DNA of 52,279 bases, from the UHGV virus genome UHGV-0197780; one strand, given 5' to 3'. This document shows, piece by piece, positions 1-7,725 of the stretch. Origin of the DNA: a virus. Made by a program: the position numbers and the translations under genes. Position 1 is the stretch's first letter. Each line of letters begins with the position of its first letter. Below the pieces are notes generated by a model. That model was not told where the DNA came from and ran no database searches. It saw only the letters and a program-made list of their open reading frames with translations.

Positions 1-116
1 ATGATTTCTGAAGCTTTAAACCAAAATGAACCCCAATATTTTTTCAAGTATTATATGTTAATGTTAAAACCCGCCATTAGGCGTACAACTAAGCTTGCTT
101 TAATGGCGGTTTTTAT

Positions 117-2417
117 TTACCCTAAGGCCTTATTAATTTGTTTTAGGAGTCTTCCGACGTTTCCAATTCTATTATCTTTATCGGCCTCTTCTCCCAGCCA
201 TTCTTTGGATTTTCTAAGATATCCTCGAGCCTTAGCATCCCTATACTTTCTCCAATATTTCAGTGACTGATCTGCATATGACATAGCATGAAATGCCTTT
301 CTTAAATCAGCATCATGGCATTGCTCTAACGACTCCATACTTTCATCTAATGCTTTTCTAACATCATTTGAATCCACCCTGCCAATATTTGCTTTAAACT
401 TAATAATCGCATAAGAGTTTCTGACAGACCAGTTACCGCTTCCACTTTTTGCTATGGCCTCATCAATAACAATAAATGCTCTTTCATGATTGCCTCTTCT
501 GCTTAAATAGAGGGCTTTCTGTTGCAAGTTGAAGGGAGATGCATGTTTCCTAAAGATAATGTCATATATTTTTTCACCATCACTGGTTTCTGGAAATGCT
601 TTTTCAAATAACCGAGCATCATAAGCGCGTCTTTTAAAAGCATCATAATTAGGAATGCAAAAACGTGATACATTATTGTGGAAGTTAACTAACATACAAG
701 CAAGCTCTTTTTCTGGAGCTATAGTTGTAATGTGTTCCGCCAGTAGATTTGAGCGAATTGAGAAGCAATCCTGATCACTCTCAGAATATTCACCAACATT
801 CTCGGATAAACAACTGCTCAATATCTTTATTAAGGCATATATTTCTTCATAGCCAACACGCCCCCCCTGAAAATAACTGTAAATAATATCCATTGATGTC
901 ACACTTCGGCTATTATGAAGATAACAAGCCAGCAAGAAAAGTTGTACTAACTTCTCATCTCTTTTCTTTAGCTCATTCAGAACGTTCTTGAATCTTTCTT
1001 TAATGCTTGGAGTGCGGCAGTTATTTTCAATTAATTCAAACAATGAATCGCCATCTTTTTTATTATAAAATTTTCTTGACTTTAAATCCACTGGTATATT
1101 ATCCGTAATCCCTTGGCAATCAGCATTAGTTATTTGAGTAATATCAATTATCTCGATGTTTTTCCTTAAAAAGTTCGACCTAGAAGCTGAGAGGTAAGCA
1201 TAATCCCTTTCAGCTATAACTAATCTTATATTTGGCTTGAGAGAAAGGTTGTTAAGAGCATCCATTGAAGTTTGCATGTTATCTACAAACAGAAGTACAG
1301 GAATATTTTTTAATCTTGTAGCCAGAGTTTCAGCTTTAGTTATAGATATATCCGAAAGAAATAATTTGATGCCATTAAAGTCATGAAATGCTGCCAACTG
1401 CATTAATAGTGTTGATTTCCCTGTGGCAGGCCCGCCTGTAATTAGTATATTCTTTCCGCTGTTTATATACTCTTCAACAATGGAGTAATAACTCAATCTA
1501 ATTACGCGAGATGAGTAAATATCACTCCAGGAAGGATTTGCTCCTTGGTAAAAGTCATTAATTGATCGTCTTTCTATCTCTGAATGAGACGGTACAGAAT
1601 ATTCCATAAACGGATTTTGATACTTATTATTTGTACTATCAAGGGAATCAATACTTTCGAAGCTAGATAAATAATCTAAAAACTCCTCTGTATCTGCACG
1701 TATTATCTTAAGGTCTAGTGATTGATAATATTCAATCTCACCCTCATCAACAAACTCAGGATGTACAATTATCCAAGCATTTTTCCTGTTTTTCTCATTC
1801 AGTGCATCTGCAAATACCTGTAAAGTTCCCGCATCCTTTAGGGCATATCCCCAAAAAACAGTTGGAAATTTATTCATTACAGATTTTAAATAATTCCACT
1901 TTGTTGGTTCACTTGAAAAAGCATTAGCAATATCAAGGTCGCCAAATATTAAATGAGACTCAGGATCACTGACAGAGCCGTGTAAATAAAAATAATCTAT
2001 AGCAATTTTATCTCTAAAGCTTACGCCATTAAACATTGCATTATTAACATATTTGTGAGGATTTCCTTTGAATATTTTCTCTACAAGATTATCTATATTT
2101 GTAGTAAATATATTTTTAATATTTACATTAGCTAGTTGCTGATATTTAGAACTAAAATCGCCAACTTCGTATCTAGCTCGTATGTAACGGTAAAGGTCCT
2201 CTCTCCTAGATTTAGAGATTAAAGTACACAATTGAGGTAGTTGTAGTATGGGTGGAGAACCTGGAAATTCTTTGAGAATTTCCTTCCTAAGCCCATCACC
2301 AATAGGAAGTGTTTTCCCATTTTGATCAGAAGCTAAAACAGAAAATCCAGCCCCAGTAAAAATATTAATACCTTCACGCAAAACTCGTTCAAAAGTATTT
2401 TTACTTTCAATTTCCAT
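117..2417 (-). CDS. SIR2-like (NADase-type) domain fused to P-loop NTPase (STAND/AAA-like) with a helical C-terminal region. Single-gene antiphage defence candidate (Avs5 / SIR2-STAND-like).
   Basis: The N-terminus carries SIR2 motifs GAGFS, TTNIDNL and LHGS. Downstream are a Walker A (GGPATGKST) and a Walker B-like (VLLFVDN) motif, then an alpha-helical C-terminal third. The listed ORF begins with TTG at 2459; the ATG at 2417 is preceded by AGGAAA. The region is AT-rich (1-2900) against GC-rich phage flanks. Confidence 0.6.
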   Translation of the reverse strand: MEIESKNTFERVLREGINIFTGAGFSVLASDQNGKTLPIGDGLRKEILKEFPGSPPILQLPQLCTLISKSRREDLYRYIRARYEVGDFSSKYQQLANVNIKNIFTTNIDNLVEKIFKGNPHKYVNNAMFNGVSFRDKIAIDYFYLHGSVSDPESHLIFGDLDIANAFSSEPTKWNYLKSVMNKFPTVFWGYALKDAGTLQVFADALNEKNRKNAWIIVHPEFVDEGEIEYYQSLDLKIIRADTEEFLDYLSSFESIDSLDSTNNKYQNPFMEYSVPSHSEIERRSINDFYQGANPSWSDIYSSRVIRLSYYSIVEEYINSGKNILITGGPATGKSTLLMQLAAFHDFNGIKLFLSDISITKAETLATRLKNIPVLLFVDNMQTSMDALNNLSLKPNIRLVIAERDYAYLSASRSNFLRKNIEIIDITQITNADCQGITDNIPVDLKSRKFYNKKDGDSLFELIENNCRTPSIKERFKNVLNELKKRDEKLVQLFLLACYLHNSRSVTSMDIIYSYFQGGRVGYEEIYALIKILSSCLSENVGEYSESDQDCFSIRSNLLAEHITTIAPEKELACMLVNFHNNVSRFCIPNYDAFKRRAYDARLFEKAFPETSDGEKIYDIIFRKHASPFNLQQKALYLSRRGNHERAFIVIDEAIAKSGSGNWSVRNSYAIIKFKANIGRVDSNDVRKALDESMESLEQCHDADLRKAFHAMSYADQSLKYWRKYRDAKARGYLRKSKEWLGEEADKDNRIGNVGRLLKQINKALG

Positions 2418-2908
2418 TAAAGGTTTCCTATATTTATTTAGAGATTGAAGGTTTTTCAAAAGAGATCATTGCCTTTAGTTGGATTTTCTGATCAGAAAAG
2501 CCTATGATTTTAACTTTAACGTTTATTCTACCAATTTTCAAATATTGATTAGAAAGATTCAAAAATGATATAAGCAATTTAAATATAATACTTTTATGAT
2601 ATTTCAATCATATTAACTAAAAACAATGTTCATTCTGTCCGTAAAGTTAAACACATAAATAAAAGAAATTACAACTTCGAGTCCGTGCAGTCAAGAGTCA
2701 CCACTGGGGGTGATGGCGGGGGACAAATTTTGACAACTCATACCCATCACTAATTGACTGACCTGTTCGCGGTTGGTTAACACACTATTATGTAATCTAA
2801 GTCCGCTCCTAGCACTCAGCGGACATCTCAGCTTTGCCTCACCCCGGAATAATTAAACTTAGCTTTGACATCCTGTACCAGCTGCAGTTGATTCTATTTA
2901 AGGCATAA

Positions 2909-3349
2909 TCAGCACCTCTCCGCATTGCGCAGGCAGCGGTTACGCATTTTGGCAAGCAACCAGAGTTCGTTTGCTGTTGTAGCCATCCCAAGCGTCGATG
3001 TGTAAACAGTCGCAGCCCGGCGCCACAGCTTTTTGTCTTCCAGCATCTTCGCCAGGGACAGTGCGTCTTGGACTTTTTTCACATATTCTTCAGATAATTG
3101 TGTTGCAGCCTGCGGCAGGGTAACATCGGGAACCTCAACGCCTGCAACAACCCGGTAGACATACTGGCAGCCGTTATGGGTACGATGGAGTTTTCCCGCG
3201 GCATGTAGCTGCCGCAGTAAGTTACCTGCTGTACTGGCTTGCAAGTCCAGCGCATCACAGACATCCTGCAGGACGCATTCTGGCGTCCGGCTAACGATGG
3301 CAAGCACCATCTGCGCTTTGGTTACTTTGGTTTTTGATTGTTTGGTCAT
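2909..3349 (-). CDS. hypothetical phage protein, N-terminal winged-helix-like
   Basis: The ORF lies downstream of the P-like gene on the same strand. Its ATG at 3349 is directly preceded by the recurring CGAGTTTTGACC motif. The ORF track began it at a TTG inside that motif. Confidence 0.45.
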   Translation of the reverse strand: MTKQSKTKVTKAQMVLAIVSRTPECVLQDVCDALDLQASTAGNLLRQLHAAGKLHRTHNGCQYVYRVVAGVEVPDVTLPQAATQLSEEYVKKVQDALSLAKMLEDKKLWRRAATVYTSTLGMATTANELWLLAKMRNRCLRNAERC

Positions 3350-3362
3350 GGTCAAAACTCGT

Positions 3363-4049
3363 TTACTTGGTTAAACCTGCCGCCTTGCGGCGTTTGTACT
3401 CTTCCATCAGAACCTGCGCTGGCGTCGGCCCTGCTGGATGTCTCGGTGCTGCCAACTGCTGACGAATTGGCGGAATCGAAAACCCGTTAGCCAGGTGTTT
3501 GGTCCATTTCGTGAGTAAGTTATCTGCCAGTTTTTTCAGCTCTCCCTCCGTCAGGTTCCTCTCAACTCCGGTTCTGCGCATTTCAATGCAAATGTGATAC
3601 AGAACATCCTGTTTCCATGGGTATTTGTCGCTTCCCGAATATCGGTAAGACTCGTTTCTCCAGCGTTTGTACTCCGCCATCACTGCATCGGATGTCAGAT
3701 TGAACGGGTTAGCACCGCTAGCAGATACCAGCGCGACGAACTCAGCGAGATCCGGCGGCCATGTGCTGCCCGCGGCGCAACGCTCCATGCACTGCCGGCA
3801 AACCAGCGTAATCTGGGCTTCACTCATCGACCCAATCTGAGCTATCCAGAGTTCTGATGGTTCCTCTCCGTTCTTCAGGATCCATCGGTTCGAAAAGATT
3901 TCGCCCATCACTTCCCATAGGCGCCACGCCGTTTCTACGGCCGTCTGTTCCTGCAGCTCGCAACCGTTGCTCACGGGCGGCTCGAATCTGTTGAACAGCT
4001 CTGGATGCTGCTGGCTCTGCTCGTACTCCCACATGATCGTTACCCCCAT
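3363..4049 (-). CDS. lambda P-like replication protein (DnaB helicase loader)
   Basis: The translation aligns by eye with lambda gpP (…YPWK…, [12 protein letters not shown] vs MEQVNAGMRVARRQ region). It sits immediately after the O-like gene. Confidence 0.65.
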   Translation of the reverse strand: MGVTIMWEYEQSQQHPELFNRFEPPVSNGCELQEQTAVETAWRLWEVMGEIFSNRWILKNGEEPSELWIAQIGSMSEAQITLVCRQCMERCAAGSTWPPDLAEFVALVSASGANPFNLTSDAVMAEYKRWRNESYRYSGSDKYPWKQDVLYHICIEMRRTGVERNLTEGELKKLADNLLTKWTKHLANGFSIPPIRQQLAAPRHPAGPTPAQVLMEEYKRRKAAGLTK

Positions 4050-4839
4050 TCACTGGTTTTTTCTGGCGGATTTCCGCACGGTTAAGATGTCTTGCTAGTT
4101 TTTGCTCCCACTGGACCTGGTGAAACGCCCTGCCTTCAGCCTGCCAGTACGCGATGAAGCTGCTCAACTCGGCAGCAAGATTTATCCCCGGTCTTAATGG
4201 CATTCCCCAAATCGTTGCCAGTCGGGGAAAATCCTCGGAAGGTTTCCACCCGAAATACATCACAAATTTTCCGAATGCTTGTGTTTCACCAAGAACTATT
4301 CCTGGTTGATTCGGATAGTCAGGCACAACTGGTTCGACCAGAACCTTATGTGTGGGGGTTATATCTTTTGGTTCCTCTGGTAGATTCCGGATCCCGTTTT
4401 TGGGATCGTTTGACGGAAAAAACGGGATCGTTTGGTTGTTTTGCGTACAGGAAACAGTCCCGTTTTCGGGCGCCTTTTCTGCTGTAACAACCCCGTTTTC
4501 GTGTGTGTTTAAACGATCCCGTTTTTGGTAATGTTCCCGTTTTTGGGTGTGTTCAATTTCTGCAACGCTTTCTTCCACACCAAGAAGTCGGTAAACCGGG
4601 ATTTGTTTAGTCTTTCCACGCCGTTCACCTGTATCTTCAATAAGCCCGATCGAAACCAGATACTGCAGGCTCGACTGGACCGTTTTCTTATCCAGCTCAG
4701 TTGCTTCTGCCAGCGCAGGAATGGATGGAAAAGCACAGAGATCAGCTCCGCACATGTCGGCCATCCAGGTTAGAACAGCTTTTGCAGAGGACTTCCCTGT
4801 CTTGACTTTTTTGGCCCATCGCATCGCGTCAATGCTCAT
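3820..4839 (-). CDS. lambda O-like replication initiator with intragenic iterons (origin)
   Basis: The N-terminus is an HTH. The middle is a low-complexity linker encoded by repeated CCCGTTTT/AAACGGGATCG elements. A strong GGGGGG SD precedes the ATG at 4839. The frame stays open 230 nt into the P-like gene. Confidence 0.6.
   Translation of the reverse strand: MSIDAMRWAKKVKTGKSSAKAVLTWMADMCGADLCAFPSIPALAEATELDKKTVQSSLQYLVSIGLIEDTGERRGKTKQIPVYRLLGVEESVAEIEHTQKREHYQKRDRLNTHENGVVTAEKAPENGTVSCTQNNQTIPFFPSNDPKNGIRNLPEEPKDITPTHKVLVEPVVPDYPNQPGIVLGETQAFGKFVMYFGWKPSEDFPRLATIWGMPLRPGINLAAELSSFIAYWQAEGRAFHQVQWEQKLARHLNRAEIRQKKPVNGGNDHVGVRAEPAASRAVQQIRAAREQRLRAAGTDGRRNGVAPMGSDGRNLFEPMDPEERRGTIRTLDSSDWVDE
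4380..4560. repeat. iteron cluster (ori-lambda-like) inside the O-like gene
   Basis: There are at least 5 copies of aaacgggatcg / cgatcccgttttt in direct and inverted orientation within 180 bp. Confidence 0.6.
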
Positions 4840-4883
4840 GAAGCCCCCCTATTTTCTGTACGGTACTCATTGTCAAAACTCGA

Positions 4884-5438
4884 TTAAAAAAACTGTGGCG
4901 CTACGGCGCTGATGCTCGCCAGAAGTGGTCCCGCCGCATCTGCAGGAAGCATGTTAAAAAGTGCAATTGCTGCCTCCCGAATTTCACGCTCTAACTTCTG
5001 CAACGGAGCACCAAGCAATTTTGCCTGGTGCGCTTCGCTACACTCTCTGATTGCTTGAGCCACCAGCTCGCTTTCAGTCAATCCACGTTTCAATCCGTGT
5101 TTGCGCGCAATCTCAATAGGCATCGCATCAGCGATCGCTCCTGAAAGCTGCATGACGTAGCTGGTGTACTTCTCTGATCCGGATTCGTTTTTCAGGTAGC
5201 GGTACAGATTCTGTTTATTGACGTTTATTCCGCGACCGTTTTGTTTTCTCCATTGCTCATCCACCAGCTGCGCGATGTGGTCCTGTGCACGTCCAGGTAA
5301 AGTCGACTCCCATTCCTGAACGGCAGCAAAAATTGCTCTACTCTTCATCCGAGCCCGGCGTAGACCGGAAAACTGATTTTCTGAGTTCAGTTGCAGGCCC
5401 ATTACCGGGTTATGCTTTTTAAAAGAGATGGTTTGCAT
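4884..5438 (-). CDS. phage regulatory protein in cII position (CII/CP76-like or YdaT-like)
   Basis: The ATG at 5438 has a perfect AAGGAG SD. It lies between the Cro-like and O-like genes. The call rests on position only. Confidence 0.35.
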   Translation of the reverse strand: MQTISFKKHNPVMGLQLNSENQFSGLRRARMKSRAIFAAVQEWESTLPGRAQDHIAQLVDEQWRKQNGRGINVNKQNLYRYLKNESGSEKYTSYVMQLSGAIADAMPIEIARKHGLKRGLTESELVAQAIRECSEAHQAKLLGAPLQKLEREIREAAIALFNMLPADAAGPLLASISAVAPQFF

Positions 5439-5440
5439 AC

Positions 5441-5662
5441 TTACTCCTTCGGTAATCCATCCGTTGGGTTTGGGTAGAGATCTGGTCTGAGTTCATGTGG
5501 AGTAACTTTCCACTCCAATGCCTTACTGACTTTCAGAACCAACTCGCCGGGAACTTTATGTTTGAACCAACCATTTACTGTTTGTGCTCGCCGATTAAGC
5601 CGCCGTCCGATTTCCGATTGGCTACACACGGCAAGTAATTTTTTTTGAAGGGATGGCTTCAT
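5441..5662 (-). CDS. Cro/YdaS-like HTH regulator
   Basis: The motif QSEIGRRLNRRAQTVNGW is a YdaS/Cro-type HTH. It is divergent from the CI-like gene. The probable ATG at 5662 has a GTGGAG SD; the listed ORF starts at a GTG at 5674. Confidence 0.6.
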   Translation of the reverse strand: MKPSLQKKLLAVCSQSEIGRRLNRRAQTVNGWFKHKVPGELVLKVSKALEWKVTPHELRPDLYPNPTDGLPKE

Positions 5663-5674
5663 GCGCTGCTCCAC

Positions 5675-5737
5675 TAAGCACTGTAAATTTGAATTACAGT
5701 TTAATCAGTTTATTTCGATAGTGTCAAATCATTCGAT
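5675..5737. promoter_or_regulatory. OR-like divergent promoter/operator region
   Basis: On the minus strand, TTGACA-N17-TTAAAC reads as a PR-like promoter. The palindrome ACTGTAA-N7-TTACAGT is an operator-like site. TCGATA half-sites (atttcgatag, cattcgatatg) overlap the -35. The same TATCGATA core recurs at 6300. Confidence 0.5.
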
Positions 5738-6187
5738 ATGAGGCCTGAAGAAAAAATCTGTATAATCTTTCTCATGTGTTTGTTTGGGTGGATGAAGATG
5801 AACTTTGGTGTTCGACTGCAACGAGTCTTAGATGAGATAGGAATGTCTCAATCAGAACTGGGGCGGAGGATCGGTGCGACATCCCAATCAGTGAATGGCT
5901 GGTGTCAGGCTGGAATCCTTCCCAGAAAAGAAATGCTTGAGCAACTTCCTGATATAACAGGAAAACCTTTGTATTGGTTTTTCATGACAGATGAAGACGA
6001 AGAGACGCTGCAGCCGCCAAGATCGGAAGATATCTATGTCCTTACCCCGGAGACCAAAAAGCTCATAGAAATTTACGATCAGCTTCCTCAAGTGGAGCAA
6101 GAACGATTCGTCGGGTTAATGCAGTTAAGGCTGGAAGAACTCGATGCTTTCATGAACGAATATTTAATGAAACGAAAGAAAGACTAG
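5738..6187 (+). CDS. CI-like repressor, XRE-family HTH
   Basis: The HTH motif is MSQSELGRRIGATSQSVNGW. A TATAAT at 5760-5765 inside the listed N-terminus suggests the true start is the ATG at 5804 (MNFGVRLQ…), which has a GGGTGG SD. It is followed by an intrinsic terminator. Confidence 0.6.
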   Translation: MRPEEKICIIFLMCLFGWMKMNFGVRLQRVLDEIGMSQSELGRRIGATSQSVNGWCQAGILPRKEMLEQLPDITGKPLYWFFMTDEDEETLQPPRSEDIYVLTPETKKLIEIYDQLPQVEQERFVGLMQLRLEELDAFMNEYLMKRKKD

Positions 6188-6210
6188 AACAGCCTTCCCC
6201 CCCTTCATAA

Positions 6211-6238
6211 GCGCCGCCTTCGGGCGGTTTTTTTGTGC
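6211..6238 (+). terminator. rho-independent terminator after the CI-like gene
   Basis: The sequence gcgccgccttcgggcgg is followed by seven Ts. Confidence 0.6.
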
Positions 6239-6282
6239 CTGCTCCCCACCTCACATCCAATTCTGAAATTTAAATCATCAGT

Positions 6283-6312
6283 TTTAATTGACAGCTGTAG
6301 TTTATATCGATA
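6283..6312 (+). promoter_or_regulatory. pL-like early-left promoter with operator core
   Basis: TTGACA, a 17-bp spacer, then TAATAC. The spacer contains TATCGATA, the same core as the OR half-sites. Confidence 0.4.
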
Positions 6313-6459
6313 ATACTATCTCCGTCCTATGACGTCATCGAGGCAGGAAGCCCACGAAGTAGCTGCCGGCGGCATACGAAACACCGGATGAGATGACAGC
6401 AATATCAATCGCAGCAGGTTCAACGTTCGGCTGCCCGGCCTTAAGGGAAGGAAATAAGT

Positions 6460-6582
6460 ATGGATAAAGCATACGAAGACTATTTTGAAAACCTCTCTGA
6501 AGGAGAAGAGGCACTGAGTTTCAGCGAGTTTACCGCGGCACTTTCAGGTAAGCCGGCAGATTGCGCCTCTTCTGAAATGTAA
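6460..6582 (+). CDS. small acidic protein (40 aa), first gene of the early-left operon
   Basis: Preceded by GGAAGGAAATAAGT before the ATG. The translation is MDKAYEDYFENLSEGEEALSFSEF…. It is below the ORF-track length threshold. Confidence 0.3.
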   Translation: MDKAYEDYFENLSEGEEALSFSEFTAALSGKPADCASSEM

Positions 6583-7002
6583 TGGAAATCCTGCGCGCTT
6601 CGTGGTGGTGAATTGCAGGGTGAAAAAGCTCAATCGTGAAGATCAGCGTCACGACACCACCGACGAAGCGCGTCGAAGTAGTGAAAATAAAAAGTCAGGG
6701 TTTGCAATGCGGTGAATGCGGCTATGCGCACGCGACACAGTTAAAAAAGTAAACATGGCGGTTATTCACACGTTGTGGGGAAAAAGTTGTCGGCGGTAGT
6801 TGTTAACTGGCTGCCGTCACCGGGAGGCACCCGGCGCCGCATTGCAAAACCACATCCTAATACTGAGTTAACTGGAGATAACTATGAAGGATTTTGCCCG
6901 AGTACCTACCGGGAACCAGGCGACCCGCCTGAACTGGTTAGAGGTGAGACTACGCCAGCTGTGTTACTTGCTGGCGCAGAAAGGAAACCCTGAGGCTGAG
7001 GC

Positions 7003-7197
7003 ATGAATACCCTGTTTGCCCTTGTCATCAGCGTTTGTGCTCTCACTGGTGAATGCTCTGATGTTCTGATCGGTGTTTATCCATCAGAGGCCAGTTGCAA
7101 CAGCAACGCCGATGAACAAAAAGTACAGGGCCAGTGCCTCCCCTACCGAAATGCACAAAACATGGCTGACGACCAACAGCCTGCAGTGAGTTTTTGA
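7003..7197 (+). CDS. small protein with N-terminal signal-like hydrophobic segment
   Basis: A GAGGCTGAGG SD precedes the start. The N-terminus reads MNTLFALVISVCALTG. Confidence 0.3.
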   Translation: MNTLFALVISVCALTGECSDVLIGVYPSEASCNSNADEQKVQGQCLPYRNAQNMADDQQPAVSF

Positions 7198-7215
7198 ATC
7201 GAGTTTTGACCAATG
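7197..7215 (+). repeat. 19-bp direct repeat AATCGAGTTTTGACCAATG (copy 1 of a recurring gene-start motif)
   Basis: An identical 19-mer recurs at 7633-7651. Related copies ending in the start ATG lie at 3347-3361 (reverse) and 4868-4885 (reverse). A fifth, cgagttttgataacc, is at 11667-11680. Confidence 0.6.
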
Positions 7216-7584
7216 GCCGTTACGGCCGGAGAAGTGATTATGGAATTTGGAATGAAACGCGTTCTGGCATCTGTCCAGGCCGCCGCCACTTTGAATAAGC
7301 TCTATGACGGCTCGCCCGTTTCACTGACGGCCATCAGTAAAGAGTCAAAGCTGTCTACTTCATACCTTGAGCAGATCTTCAAAAAGCTGCGGGCGGGTAA
7401 CCTGGTTATTTCACAGCGTGGCCCAGGTGGTGGTTATAGCCCCCGCGGCGATGACATCACCGTTACAGAAGTGATCACTGCGGTATCTAAACTGCCAGCC
7501 CATAAAACTTTTGAGCCTATCCTGCGAGCGCTTAACGACGTTCGCGTATCACAGCTGCTGCGGGGCGATTCGCCAGCCCCATAA
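7213..7584 (+). CDS. Rrf2-family-like transcriptional regulator, N-terminal HTH only
   Basis: The motif SYLEQIFKKLRAGNLVISQRGPGGGY matches the IscR/Rrf2 signature …LVxSxRGxxGGY. It lacks the Cys cluster. The gene is bracketed by the 19-bp direct repeats. Confidence 0.5.
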   Translation: MAVTAGEVIMEFGMKRVLASVQAAATLNKLYDGSPVSLTAISKESKLSTSYLEQIFKKLRAGNLVISQRGPGGGYSPRGDDITVTEVITAVSKLPAHKTFEPILRALNDVRVSQLLRGDSPAP

Positions 7585-7632
7585 AGCACAAAACCCGCGC
7601 AAGGCGGGTTTTGTGCCCGGTCAGCCGACCAA

Positions 7633-7651
7633 AGCTTTCCGGAATCGAGTT
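7633..7651 (+). repeat. 19-bp direct repeat AATCGAGTTTTGACCAATG (copy 2)
   Basis: Identical to 7197-7215. It ends in the ATG of a 32-codon ORF that overlaps the start of the exonuclease gene. Confidence 0.6.
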
Positions 7652-7725
7652 TTGACCAATGACCACCACCAGGGCGGCTGCCATCAGCTGCCGGGTATCT
7701 TACAATCCAAAGGAGCCCAAACGCA

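Noticed and set aside
1-270. 89-aa plus-strand ORF at the window start
   Set aside because: It overlaps the 3' end of the SIR2-NTPase gene on the opposite strand in AT-rich DNA. Its composition is implausible and the window edge truncates it.
2640-2900. Possible tRNA or structured RNA in the AT-rich spacer (ggggtgatggcggggg, gtccgctcctagcactcagcggac)
   Set aside because: There is no cloverleaf and no T-loop GTTCRA motif. Only isolated hairpins are present, possibly a weak terminator after the wHTH gene.
6775-6993. 72-aa ORF in the early-left leader
   Set aside because: It has no SD and a Gly/Pro/Arg-rich, unconvincing sequence. The neighbouring shorter ORFs at 6460 and 7003 have better translation signals.
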